Source of the DNA: an uncultured Rhodospirillales bacterium
GTDB taxonomy: Bacteria; Pseudomonadota; Alphaproteobacteria; Acetobacterales; Acetobacteraceae
Length of the DNA stretch: 63,398 nucleotides
Direction of reading: 5' to 3'
Assembly (NCBI GenBank): GCA_903881515.1
Contig: CAIRTN010000008.1
Location: 1 to 63,398 of the forward strand
A program made the translations under genes and the position numbers. The notes below the pieces were generated by a model that had not been told where the DNA came from, did not search any database, and saw only the letters and a list, made by a program, of their open reading frames with translations. Shown here in pieces: positions 25,363-34,750 of this stretch (within the stretch, counting starts at the first letter, position 1; each line of letters starts with the position of its first letter).

Positions 25363-26877
25363 ATGAGCCTCGACGCCGCATTGTCGATCGCTTCCAGCGG
25401 TCTGGCGACGGTCAACCAGCAGTTCCGGCTGGTGTCGCAGAACGTGGCGAATGCCTCGACGGTGGACTATGCGCGCGAAGTTTCCACCACGCAGAGCCTA
25501 GCGGCGGGAACCCAGGGGATGGGCGCGCTGTCCGGGCCGGTGCAGCGTGTGCTGGACCAGCAGATGCAGGCCTCGCTGTTCACGCAGAATGCCACCGTCT
25601 CCTGCTGGCAGACCCAGCAGACGGCGCTGCAGAAAATCGATGCGGTGCAGGGCACGCCGGGGCAGGGCAGCGACCTGTCGAGCCTGCTGGGCAAGGTGCA
25701 GGACGGATTTGCCGCGCTGGCCAACGACCCCTCCAGCGTGCCGGCGCATAGCTCGGTGGTCTCGGCGGCGCAGGCGTTGACGCGGCAGCTAAACGCGCTG
25801 TCGACCGCGACCACCACCGGGCGGCAGCAGGCGGAGCACGATCTGGTCGGCCAGATCGCCACATTGAACACCACCCTGGCGCGGATCGGCGATCTCAGCC
25901 GGCAGATCGTGCAGCTGCGCGCGAGCGGGCAGAGCTCCGCGGATCTGGAGAACCAACGCGATGCGGCACGCGACGATCTTAGCAAGCTGGTCGGCGTGCG
26001 GGCGCTGGAGCAGCCGAACGGCGATCTGCTGCTGCTGACGCCGAGCGGGTTGCGGTTGCCGACCAGTGGCGGCACGGCCTTTGCCACCAGCGATGCCAAT
26101 CCCGGCCCGACCGCGTACTACCCTGGCGGCGGCATCCCGGCGATCACGCTGGCCGGTGTTGATGTCACCAGCGGCCTGCAAGGCGGTGCGATCGGCGCCA
26201 ATATCGCCTTGCGCGATGCCACGCTTCCGGCGTTCCAGGCCGGGCTCGACGAATTCGCACAGACCTTGTCGACGCGCTTCGACGCGCAGGGCCTGCGCCT
26301 GTTCAGCGACGCCACCGGCACCGTGCCGACGCCGACCGGACCGAACGCACAGAGCGGCTACGTCGGCTATGCCGCGTCGGTTCAGGTCAATCCGGCAGTG
26401 CTGGCCACGCCAGCGCTGGTGCGCGACGGCACGCAGGCGGCGTCCGGCGGTGCCTCAGCATTTACGTCGAACCCTTCAGGAGGGCCGGCCGGGTTCACCA
26501 CGCTGATCGGGCGCGTGCTCGACTACGCGCTGGGGCCACAGGTTCAGCCGGGCGTTGCACAGACCGCGCCGAAGACCGCGGGGCTCGGTCCGGCGGGCAC
26601 GCTGTCGGCGGGCTTCCCGGCGCCGGCCGATCTCGGCGGCTTCGCTGCCGCCCTGCAGGGGGCCCAGGCGCAGACCAGCGCCAATGCCAGCCAGAACGTC
26701 ACCACCGAGTCCGCGGTGCAGTCGGCGTTGCAAAGCCGGATGTCGGCGAATTCCGGCGTGTCGATGGATACCGAGATGTCGCACATGATCCAGTTGCAGA
26801 ACCTCTACACCGCCAATGCCCGCCTGATCAGCGCGGTGCAGACGATGTGGACCCAGACATTGCAGATGGTGCAGTGA
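25363..26877 (+). CDS. flgK: flagellar hook-associated protein 1
   Basis: MSLDAALSIASSGLATVNQQFRLVSQNVANAST N-terminus. C-terminal GVSMDTEMSHMIQLQNLYTANARLIS. AGGAG SD. Confidence 0.88.
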   Translation: MSLDAALSIASSGLATVNQQFRLVSQNVANASTVDYAREVSTTQSLAAGTQGMGALSGPVQRVLDQQMQASLFTQNATVSCWQTQQTALQKIDAVQGTPGQGSDLSSLLGKVQDGFAALANDPSSVPAHSSVVSAAQALTRQLNALSTATTTGRQQAEHDLVGQIATLNTTLARIGDLSRQIVQLRASGQSSADLENQRDAARDDLSKLVGVRALEQPNGDLLLLTPSGLRLPTSGGTAFATSDANPGPTAYYPGGGIPAITLAGVDVTSGLQGGAIGANIALRDATLPAFQAGLDEFAQTLSTRFDAQGLRLFSDATGTVPTPTGPNAQSGYVGYAASVQVNPAVLATPALVRDGTQAASGGASAFTSNPSGGPAGFTTLIGRVLDYALGPQVQPGVAQTAPKTAGLGPAGTLSAGFPAPADLGGFAAALQGAQAQTSANASQNVTTESAVQSALQSRMSANSGVSMDTEMSHMIQLQNLYTANARLISAVQTMWTQTLQMVQ

Positions 26878-27980
26878 TGACCAGCATCGCCAACGCGGCA
26901 CTGGCACCGGCCGGCTGGGGGATGACGGCGCAGCTGGCGGCGAACAGTGCCCAGGTGCGTGCGCGGATGAACACTCTGATCGAGCAGGCCTCGACCGGGA
27001 TGGTCGGCACCACCTATGCCGGGCTTGGCGCGGGGGCGTCGACCTCGATCGTGCTGCGGCCGGCACTGGCGCACATCCAGACCTGGCAGGGCAATGTCGA
27101 CACGGTTTCGACACGCATGCAGGTGGCGCAGACCGCGCTGCAGCAGATCAGCCAGATCGCGTCGGACTTCCGCGCCCAGACCAACAACCTGAACGGCCTC
27201 AGCGGCACCAATATTGATAGCGTCGCGGCCTCGGCACGGGCTGCGTTGCAACAGGTCGCCGGGCTGTTGAACACCGAGACCAACGGCACCTATGTCTTCG
27301 CTGGTCAGGACAGCGCCAATCCCCCGGTGCCCAGCGCCGACGCGATCACCGGCTCTGGCTTCGCAACGCAGATCGGCTCGGCAATTGCCGGCCTGTCCGG
27401 CGTGGGATCGGCGGTGACGATGAACGCGATCCTGGGGATTGGTGGCTCCAACGCCGCGGGCACGTCGCCGTTCTCGACAGCGCTGTCGCAGCCTGCGGCG
27501 AGCCTCGCCACCGCGCGGCCGATGGTGCAGGTCGGGCAGGGGGAATCGGTGCAGACCGGGGTGCTGGCCAGCGCCAACGGCGATGTCACCTCGACCGGCA
27601 CGCTGACCACCGGCTCCTATATGCGCGACATCATGACCAGTCTGGCCGCGATCGGCGGGCTGTCGAGCGCGCAGGCCTCGGCGCCGCAGCTGACGGATTT
27701 TGCCACCCAGATCGGCCAGAGTCTGGCCGGCGCGGTCTCGGCGTTGAACGCCGATGCCGGCGTGATGGGCAACCGGCAGTCCGAATTGCAGACCACGAAA
27801 GCAACGCTGACCAGCATGTCGACCGCACTGCAGGCACAGGTTTCCGGCGCCGAGGATGTCGATATGGCCAGCACGCTGTCGCAGCTCACCGCGACCCAGG
27901 CGCAGTTGCAGGCCTCCTACCAGTTGATCAGCGGTCTGCAGGGGCTGTCGCTCGTCAAGTTCTTGCCGAGCGGTGGCTGA
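26877..27980 (+). CDS. flgL: flagellar hook-associated protein 3
   Basis: Flagellin-like termini (C-terminal VDMASTLSQLTATQAQLQASYQLISGLQGLSLVKFL). Start at ATG 26877, overlapping the flgK stop (TGATG). Confidence 0.8.
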   Translation: MTSIANAALAPAGWGMTAQLAANSAQVRARMNTLIEQASTGMVGTTYAGLGAGASTSIVLRPALAHIQTWQGNVDTVSTRMQVAQTALQQISQIASDFRAQTNNLNGLSGTNIDSVAASARAALQQVAGLLNTETNGTYVFAGQDSANPPVPSADAITGSGFATQIGSAIAGLSGVGSAVTMNAILGIGGSNAAGTSPFSTALSQPAASLATARPMVQVGQGESVQTGVLASANGDVTSTGTLTTGSYMRDIMTSLAAIGGLSSAQASAPQLTDFATQIGQSLAGAVSALNADAGVMGNRQSELQTTKATLTSMSTALQAQVSGAEDVDMASTLSQLTATQAQLQASYQLISGLQGLSLVKFLPSGG

Positions 27981-28028
27981 AGGCGATGAACGGCCGATGG
28001 AAAAACATCGCCGTCGTTCATCCAACGT

Positions 28029-28056
28029 TAAGACCCGACCGGCATGATGCCGGTAC
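28029..28056 (+). promoter_or_regulatory. weak sigma28-like promoter candidate upstream of flagellin
   Basis: TAAG-N16-GCCGGTAC versus consensus TAAA-N15-GCCGATAA. It overlaps a perfect palindrome CCGGCATgATGCCGG (28039-28053). The promoter class is unresolved. Confidence 0.25.
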
Positions 28057-28110
28057 GCCCGCAAAAGTGCGGGGGCATGCATAACTCTTTGGGCAAACAG
28101 GAAAACTCAC

Positions 28111-28962
28111 ATGTCCCTGAATTCCGTGAATACCAACATCGCCGCCTCGGTGGCGCTCGCCTCGCTCAACGTCACCAGCACCCAGTTGCAGTCGGTGCAG
28201 AAGCAGATCTCGACCGGCTACCGGGTCGCCGACGCAACCGATGACGGCGCGGCCTATGCCGTGGCGCAGCGGGTGCGATCGGATGTCAGTTCGCTGACCA
28301 GCGCGAACCAGCAGCTCGGCAACGTCAAGGGCCTGCTGTCGACGACGACGTCGGCACTGAATGACGTGTCGAACACGCTGGCCAATGCCCGCTCGGTACT
28401 GGTCAAGCTTGCCGATGGAAACACGCTGGGCAGCCAGCGCACGCAATACATCCAGCAGTACCAGAACCTGGTCGCCAACGTGAAGTCGTTCATTCAGGAC
28501 GCCGGCTACAACGGCAAGTCTCTGATCGGCGACATCACCGGCAGCAACGGCACCTTCGGGTCAGTGGGCGTCGTGCGCAACGAGGTCGGCGCGACTTACT
28601 CGATCGCCACCTTTGGTGGTTCGGCTTTCTTCGCCTCGCTGAACTTCACTTCGACCGTGCTTGGCGGTGCGGCTTCGGTACAGGCGCTGATCACGGCGAC
28701 CGGCACATTCCTCAACCAGCTCGGCACGCTGGGCACCCAGCTCAACCGGCTCGGCTCGGCCTCGAACTACGTCGACAATCAGGTCAGCTACAACAGCGAC
28801 AAGATCGACAGCCTGAACAACGGCTTAGGCTCGCTGATTGACGCCGATCTGGCGAAGGAATCGGCCAAGCTGCAGTCCCTGCAGATCCGTCAGCAGCTGG
28901 GCACCCAGGCGCTGTCGATCGCCAACCAGGCGCCGCAGAGCCTGCTCAGCCTGTTCAAGTAG
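28111..28962 (+). CDS. flagellin
   Basis: 283 aa. N-terminal SLNSVNTNIAASVALASL...ISTGYRVADATDDGAAYAVAQ and C-terminal LQSLQIRQQLGTQALSIANQAPQSLLSLFK, typical of short alphaproteobacterial flagellins. Confidence 0.92.
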   Translation: MSLNSVNTNIAASVALASLNVTSTQLQSVQKQISTGYRVADATDDGAAYAVAQRVRSDVSSLTSANQQLGNVKGLLSTTTSALNDVSNTLANARSVLVKLADGNTLGSQRTQYIQQYQNLVANVKSFIQDAGYNGKSLIGDITGSNGTFGSVGVVRNEVGATYSIATFGGSAFFASLNFTSTVLGGAASVQALITATGTFLNQLGTLGTQLNRLGSASNYVDNQVSYNSDKIDSLNNGLGSLIDADLAKESAKLQSLQIRQQLGTQALSIANQAPQSLLSLFK

Positions 28963-28969
28963 CACGCGC

Positions 28970-29025
28970 GATATCGCCGTTCCCGCTGCTCAGGCGGCGG
29001 GAACGGCGATATCGTAAGGCTTTTT
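28970..29025 (+). terminator. rho-independent terminator after flagellin
   Basis: Perfect 17-bp stem GATATCGCCGTTCCCGC / GCGGGAACGGCGATATC (28970-28986 and 28997-29013), a 10-nt loop, and a T5 run at 29021-29025. Confidence 0.6.
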
Positions 29026-29049
29026 CGACGGCCAACCCAAAGGGATCTT

Positions 29050-29529
29050 ATGTCCATCCTCGTGTTGGAATTGCGTCAGGGCGAGATGATGATCATCAAC
29101 GGCGCCCCGATCCGGTTTCGTACCAAAACGCGGATCGAGCTGACCGCCCACGCGCGCTTTCTGTTTGGCAAACAGATCATGGCGCCGGATCAGGCTGACA
29201 GCCCGGCGCGACGTATCTATTTCGCTCTGCAATCCGCCTATATCGGCACCGATCAGGAGCGGAGCTCCGGCCTCGCCGCGGCGCGCGATCTAATCGTGGC
29301 GTTTCAGGAGGCAACCACCTCGCAGCTGGCTCGGGAGATTCTCGACCGCTCTCTGCAGGCGGCCGAGGCCGATGACTGCTACCAGGCGCTGAAGCTGGTC
29401 CGCCGCATCATCCGTCATGAAGACGCCGTGCTCGGGCGCAGTGACTCGATGGCCGGCGACACGCCCTCCGTACCGCTCGCCGTTGCCGCCCAAGCCAGGG
29501 CCGCGGGTGGGTTTCATCTGAAGCAATAG
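29050..29529 (+). CDS. flbT: flagellar biosynthesis repressor FlbT
   Basis: MSILVLELRQGEMMIINGAPIRFRTKTRIELTAHARFLFGKQIM matches the FlbT N-terminal pattern (L-L-GE---INGAV). Confidence 0.8.
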   Translation: MSILVLELRQGEMMIINGAPIRFRTKTRIELTAHARFLFGKQIMAPDQADSPARRIYFALQSAYIGTDQERSSGLAAARDLIVAFQEATTSQLAREILDRSLQAAEADDCYQALKLVRRIIRHEDAVLGRSDSMAGDTPSVPLAVAAQARAAGGFHLKQ

Positions 29530-29538
29530 GGAAACATC

Positions 29539-29877
29539 ATGCAAAACAGCATGCGACATGCCGCGCTGGCCTATGCCGCCTCAGCGGCTCGACGAAGTCC
29601 GCGTGAACAGGAAGCCGAGGTGTTTCGCTACGCCAATGCAATGCTGCGCCGGGCACAGACCGACGTGGCACAGACCAGAGCGCTGGCTGACAACCGGCGC
29701 CTGTGGAGCACGGTGATTGATCTGATGCGCGATCCATCCAATGCATTGCCGATGGAGCTGCGGGCTTCCATCGTTTCGGTCGGACTCAGCGTGCAGCGTG
29801 AGATGGAGCGATCGCGGCCCGACCTCGATTTCCTCATCGCCGTGAACGAGGACATCGCGGCCGGACTGGCGTCGTAG
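29539..29877 (+). CDS. flaF: flagellar biosynthesis regulator FlaF
   Basis: 112 aa. AYAA...REQEAEVF...NRRLWSTVIDLMRDPSNALPMELRASIVSVGLSVQREM is typical of FlaF. Confidence 0.8.
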   Translation: MQNSMRHAALAYAASAARRSPREQEAEVFRYANAMLRRAQTDVAQTRALADNRRLWSTVIDLMRDPSNALPMELRASIVSVGLSVQREMERSRPDLDFLIAVNEDIAAGLAS

Positions 29878-29924
29878 CGCGCCGGCATCCTCTCTGATTC
29901 CAGGCTCAAAAGGAGCCCCATCCG

Positions 29925-31358
29925 ATGACACAGACTGCTGACAGGGTCTCGCCGCTGCTACGCCGGCTGGGCGAAATGGTGGACGGCGGCAGGTTGGCCG
30001 GGGCGCGTGCCCTGTTGGCCGCCGTCAAATCGCAGAACGGGGCGAGCGCAGATGCCGCCGACGTCGAAGCACGGCTGCTGATGCGCGAGGGTCGCAATGC
30101 CGACGCGTTGAGCCTGCTCGATGCAGCTCTCGCTTCGGCGCCGGCCAGCGCCTGCCTGCTGGCCCGCCGTGCCGAGGCGCGGATGCAGGGCAGCGACCCC
30201 TGGGGAGCTGCGGCCGATGCCGCCGATGCGGTGATCATCGATCCCGCCTGTGCAGTCACCAAAGCGTTGTTGGGCGTCTCGTTGATCGAGGTCGGCCGCT
30301 ATGCGGACGCCGTGGCGTGTCTGTCCGAGGCCGTGCGGCAGCAGCCGACCCATGCCGCGTTCCGGAGTGCTCTGTCGACGGCACTGGAACGTGGGGGCGA
30401 CAGCGACGCCGCGGCAGCGACGCTGGCCGACGGCATCCGGCACGTGCCGGCCGATACCGCCCTGCGGACGGCCGCGATCATGGTTGAGATGCGGCGAAGG
30501 AATTTCCCCGCGGCGGCGGCCCTGGGTGAGGCCGCACGTAACGATGGGGTTGTCGATGCCTGCACCTTCGGTCTGCTGGGGCATGCGCTGTCCAGCCTGG
30601 GCGAACATGCACTGGCGACAGAGATGTATTGCGAGGCGCTGAAACTGGGGCCGGAAGACCCGTATGTGCGGCATCTCGTGACGGCATCCGGCGTATTGCC
30701 GGAAGCGTCGCGGGCACCGTCCGAATACCTGGAAACGGTGTTCGACGGCTACGCTGCGCGGTTCGAGGCGCACCTGATCAGCCTGGGATACCGCGTGCCG
30801 GGCCTGATCCGGGCTGCGCTGCTTCGGCATTTGCCCGAGTTGCAGACGCGCGGAACGCAGGCGTTGCTCGACCTCGGTTGCGGCACGGGGCTGATCGGTG
30901 TCGTGCTGTCGGACATCACCATCGGCCAATTGACCGGCGTGGATCTTTCGGCGCGGATGCTGGACGAGGCTGCGGGCAAGCGGATCTACGGCGATCTGGT
31001 GCATGCCGAGATCGAAGCCTACCTGGCCGGCACGGATGCGCTTTGGCCTGTGGTGATCGCAGCCGATGTCTTCTGCTATTTCGGCGCGTTGGGTAAGGCG
31101 TTGCGATTGATCCGCGATCGGCTGGAGCCCGGAGGCGTGCTGGTGTTCAGCGTCGAGTCCTTGCAAGACGCCGCACCAACGGAATCCTGGCGGCTGGGCC
31201 GGCTGGGGCGCTACGCCCACACCGCAAATTACCTGCGCGACGTCGCCGTTGCATCGGGGTTGGAGATCCTCGCTGTGCAGGAGGACGTCCTGCGCTTCGA
31301 AGGCGAGGCGCCGGTCGACGGTTTCATCGTCGTGTTGCGGAGGCCGTACCATGCCTGA
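29925..31358 (+). CDS. TPR-repeat protein fused to class I SAM-dependent methyltransferase
   Basis: N-terminal TPR-like Ala-rich repeats. C-terminal MTase motif I LLDLGCGTGLIGVVL and post-I/II motifs. AAAGGAG SD. Confidence 0.8.
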   Translation: MTQTADRVSPLLRRLGEMVDGGRLAGARALLAAVKSQNGASADAADVEARLLMREGRNADALSLLDAALASAPASACLLARRAEARMQGSDPWGAAADAADAVIIDPACAVTKALLGVSLIEVGRYADAVACLSEAVRQQPTHAAFRSALSTALERGGDSDAAAATLADGIRHVPADTALRTAAIMVEMRRRNFPAAAALGEAARNDGVVDACTFGLLGHALSSLGEHALATEMYCEALKLGPEDPYVRHLVTASGVLPEASRAPSEYLETVFDGYAARFEAHLISLGYRVPGLIRAALLRHLPELQTRGTQALLDLGCGTGLIGVVLSDITIGQLTGVDLSARMLDEAAGKRIYGDLVHAEIEAYLAGTDALWPVVIAADVFCYFGALGKALRLIRDRLEPGGVLVFSVESLQDAAPTESWRLGRLGRYAHTANYLRDVAVASGLEILAVQEDVLRFEGEAPVDGFIVVLRRPYHA

Positions 31359-33648
31359 TGCGATCGATTTTGCGCCCCCCGTCACCGCACAGCTCGATGA
31401 CACATTGGCGCAGCGCGGCATCGCTGCCCTGGCGGTAGAGGATTTCGGTGGTGCTCTGCGCACGCTGCGGGCGGCGCGCGACGCGGGCGACCTGCGGCGG
31501 GAGACTTTGCTGAACCTAGCCTTGGCAGAGGGCCACGCTGGCGATGCCGGCCTGGCCAGCCGCTTGCTCGTCGAACTGGCCGCAAGCTTCCCCGATTGGG
31601 AAGAGCCGTTACTGCGCCTGGCCGAACGCGCCCGGCGCGCCGGCCAGCACGATGCGGCGATCGGATTGTATCGTCGCGTGCTTGATATCCGGCCGCGGCG
31701 GGAGGCGATGGTCAGCCTCGCGGCGATGCAACTGCAGCGCGGCGATGTCGTCTCGGCACAATGCCAGTTGCTGCAGGCCTGTGCGCTGGCGCCGGCCAAT
31801 GCCGAGGTGTGGGATGCGTTGGGCATCGCGTTGATGTTGGGGGCCGATGCCGACGCGGCCGAAAGCGCATTTGCCCGGGCACAGAACCTGGCGCCTGAAG
31901 ATGTCGGCATCGCGGTCCGGCGTGCCGAAGCCAGCGTGGCGGCCGGTGCGGCTGAGCACGAATTGCATCGCTGCATGGCCGCCAGCGCCGCCGATCCCTG
32001 CAACGTGGCGCTGCTGACCGAGCAGGCCGTGCTGCTGCGCGCCCTGGGTGCCCAAGACGAGGCAGCCGGTGTGCTGGAGGCTGCTGCCACGCTCGCGCCC
32101 GGTTCAGCGTTGGTGTTGAAGCAGTTCGGCGACGTACTGATGTCGATGAACCGCGTGCGCGCGGCCGAGGCGGTACTGGCGCAGGCGGTCGGTATCGCGC
32201 CCGAGGATGTCGCGCTCCGCAACAACCACGCCGCGGCTCTGATCCGGCTGCAGCGCTTCCGCGAGGCGCGGGACGTGTTGCAGGCGATCATTGCCGAACA
32301 CGGCCCCGCCACCGGGGTCTTGAGCAATCTTGCCAACGCGCAGGTGTCGCTGGGCGAGCAGGAAGCCGGGCTGCGCACCGCCTACGCGGCGGTCGACCTG
32401 GAGCCGGGCTCCGGGCTGGCGTGGCGCGCGGTGTGCAACGCTATGGCTTATCACCCCCGCGTCGATGCCGCGTGCTTGCTAGAGGCACACCGCAAGGCAA
32501 GCGCCGGACATGACCGACCGGCACGTGCCGTGATCCCGGGACATCCCGTCGAGGGCCGCCGTCTGCGCGTCGGCCTGCTGTCGGCGACCTTGAAAACCCA
32601 TCCGGTCGGCTGGCTGACCGTCGCCGGGTTCGAGGGGCTGGACCGCACCCGATTCGACCTGGTCTGTTTCAGCGGCGCGCTCTCCGCAGACACCATGCAG
32701 CGGCGTTTTGCCGCCATCGCTTCGGAATGGATCGAGGTCGCCGGGCTGTCCCCCACTGCCGTGGCTGAACGCATCCGGCAGGCGGAGATCGACGTGCTGA
32801 TCGATCTCGGCGGCTACGGCGATCTCGGCATGATGGCCGCCTGTGCCCGGCGGCCGGCGCCGGTTCAGGTCAAATGGGTCGGCGCGCAGGCCCATTCGAG
32901 CGGCCTGACGGAGATGGACTGGTTCATCACCGATCGCTGGGAAACCCCGGCGGGATTCGACATGCTCTACAGCGAGCGGCTCTGGCGGATGCCGGACGGC
33001 TATGTCTGCTATTCGCCGCCGGCCTACGCGCCCGATGTCGCACCGCTGCCGGCTCTGACCCGGGAGCATGTGACTTTTGGCTGCTTCAACAATCTGGCGA
33101 AAGTCACGCCGCTGGTGCTCGACGCCTGGGCGGAGATCCTGCACGGCGTCGCTGGCGCGACGCTGGTGCTGAAATGCCACCAATGCAGCGACGCGGAAAC
33201 CGTAGCCAGGCTGCACGCCGCGTTTGCGACGCGCGGGATCGATCCAGAGCGGATCGCAGCCCGCGCCGGATCGCGGCATCGCGACTTGCTGGCACAGTAT
33301 GGCGATATCGACATCGTACTCGATCCGTTTCCCTATACCGGCGGGCTGACGACCTGCGAGGCGTTATGGATGGGCGTGCCGACGGTCTGCCTGTCCGGCC
33401 AAACCTTTTCCGCGCGGCATTCCACCAGCCATATGTCCAATGTCGGTCTGTCCGACTGGTGCGCGGAAAGCCCCGCCGACTATGTCCGCCTGGCCGAGGC
33501 AAAGGCCGCCGATATCGCGGCCTTGGCGACGCTGCGCGACACCTTGCGCGCCCGCGTCGCCGCCAGCCCGCTCTGTGACGGCCGGCGTTTCGGCCGCAAC
33601 CTGGGCGAGGCGTTGGAGGCGATGTGGGCGGAGGCTACCAGCCGTTGA
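31351..33648 (+). CDS. TPR-repeat protein fused to GT41/SPINDLY-type (O-GlcNAc-transferase-like) glycosyltransferase
   Basis: Internal ATG 31351, overlapping the upstream stop by 8 nt. Multiple TPRs, then a C-terminal FGCFNNLAKVTP...LVLK...DIVLDPFPYTGGLTTCEALWMGVPTV signature seen in bacterial SPY-family glycosyltransferases. Confidence 0.8.
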   Translation: MPDAIDFAPPVTAQLDDTLAQRGIAALAVEDFGGALRTLRAARDAGDLRRETLLNLALAEGHAGDAGLASRLLVELAASFPDWEEPLLRLAERARRAGQHDAAIGLYRRVLDIRPRREAMVSLAAMQLQRGDVVSAQCQLLQACALAPANAEVWDALGIALMLGADADAAESAFARAQNLAPEDVGIAVRRAEASVAAGAAEHELHRCMAASAADPCNVALLTEQAVLLRALGAQDEAAGVLEAAATLAPGSALVLKQFGDVLMSMNRVRAAEAVLAQAVGIAPEDVALRNNHAAALIRLQRFREARDVLQAIIAEHGPATGVLSNLANAQVSLGEQEAGLRTAYAAVDLEPGSGLAWRAVCNAMAYHPRVDAACLLEAHRKASAGHDRPARAVIPGHPVEGRRLRVGLLSATLKTHPVGWLTVAGFEGLDRTRFDLVCFSGALSADTMQRRFAAIASEWIEVAGLSPTAVAERIRQAEIDVLIDLGGYGDLGMMAACARRPAPVQVKWVGAQAHSSGLTEMDWFITDRWETPAGFDMLYSERLWRMPDGYVCYSPPAYAPDVAPLPALTREHVTFGCFNNLAKVTPLVLDAWAEILHGVAGATLVLKCHQCSDAETVARLHAAFATRGIDPERIAARAGSRHRDLLAQYGDIDIVLDPFPYTGGLTTCEALWMGVPTVCLSGQTFSARHSTSHMSNVGLSDWCAESPADYVRLAEAKAADIAALATLRDTLRARVAASPLCDGRRFGRNLGEALEAMWAEATSR

Positions 33649-34750
33649 CGCGCAACCAGATGTCGGTCACGTCGCGGCCACCATCGACGACGAAGTAGCG
33701 GTCATGCGCCGCGGCAGTCATGCAGACATGGTTCGGCAGGATCCGCAGCCGGTCGCCGATGCGCAGAGGCGGGAACGGCAGCGCGGGGTCAAGGTCGATC
33801 ACCCCGTGCTCCTGGTTGGCGCGGCGCACCACGGCGCGGCCGAACCGGGCGACCCCGTCGATATCGAGCACCCGGCCGAACGCCCAGTCATCCGGCGCGG
33901 CCTCGGTGCTGCGATCCTTCGACAGGGCGATGCCGCCGGCGTCGACCACGATACGGTGCTCCGCCTTGCGCCGGCCGATCACGCTGGCCAGGACGCTGAC
34001 AGCGAGATGGTCGGCGTTGACGGTACCGATCTGCGCCTGAAACAGATCGCCGAACATGTAGACGCCGGGCCGGGTTTCGGTGACGCCTTCCAGCGAGGTC
34101 GCATGCAGCGCGGTGGGCGAACTGCCGACCGAGACGATCGGACAGGCGAAACCCGCCGCACGCAGCCGGGCGGCCCCGCGCGCGGCAATGCGGCGTTCGG
34201 TCTCGGCAATCGCCGCCATCGCCTCGATCGTGCGCCCGCCATAGGAATGCCCGGCATGGGTCAGGATGCCGGCAAGCCGGTTGCCAAGTGCCGCGGCGAT
34301 ATCGAGCAACACGTCGCCATCGACATCGATGCCGCCTCGGCTTTCGCCGCAATCCAGTTCGATCAGCGTGCGTGCGCCGGTCGGATGGGCGCCGATCGCC
34401 TCGGCCATGTCGAGATCGTCGGTGATCGCCATGATCGCGGCGCCCGACGTATTCAGCGCCGCCACCCGATTCAGCTTCTGCGGCGTGATGCCGACGGCGT
34501 AGAGGATGTCGGTAATGCCGTGGCCGAAGAAATACTCGGCCTCCGCCAAGGTGGACACGGTGATGCCTTGCGTCTGCACCTGCGGCCGTGACAGGGCAAG
34601 CCGCGCGACGTCGATGGATTTCGCCGTCTTCATATGCGGCCGCAACGCCACCCCGAGCCGCCCGACGGCAACGGCCATCATATCGAGATTGGCGCGCAGG
34701 ATGGGGCGATCCAGCACCAGGCAGGGGGTCGGCAGGTCGGTCAGTTTCAT
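33635..34750 (-). CDS. D-TA family PLP-dependent enzyme (D-threonine aldolase / D-serine or 3-hydroxyaspartate dehydratase-like, alanine-racemase fold)
   Basis: Real start at ATG 34750 (MKLTDLPTPCLVLD...RPHMKTAK PLP-lysine motif), overlapping the upstream stop (ATGA). The 649-aa ORF in the track is an upstream extension. Confidence 0.8.
   Translation of the reverse strand: MKLTDLPTPCLVLDRPILRANLDMMAVAVGRLGVALRPHMKTAKSIDVARLALSRPQVQTQGITVSTLAEAEYFFGHGITDILYAVGITPQKLNRVAALNTSGAAIMAITDDLDMAEAIGAHPTGARTLIELDCGESRGGIDVDGDVLLDIAAALGNRLAGILTHAGHSYGGRTIEAMAAIAETERRIAARGAARLRAAGFACPIVSVGSSPTALHATSLEGVTETRPGVYMFGDLFQAQIGTVNADHLAVSVLASVIGRRKAEHRIVVDAGGIALSKDRSTEAAPDDWAFGRVLDIDGVARFGRAVVRRANQEHGVIDLDPALPFPPLRIGDRLRILPNHVCMTAAAHDRYFVVDGGRDVTDIWLRVNGW

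Noticed and set aside
29958-32378. 806-aa minus-strand ORF opposite the two TPR enzyme genes
   Set aside because: It is an Ala/Ser/Arg-rich shadow ORF. The plus-strand genes have SDs, coupled stop/start codons and clear MTase/GT41 motifs.
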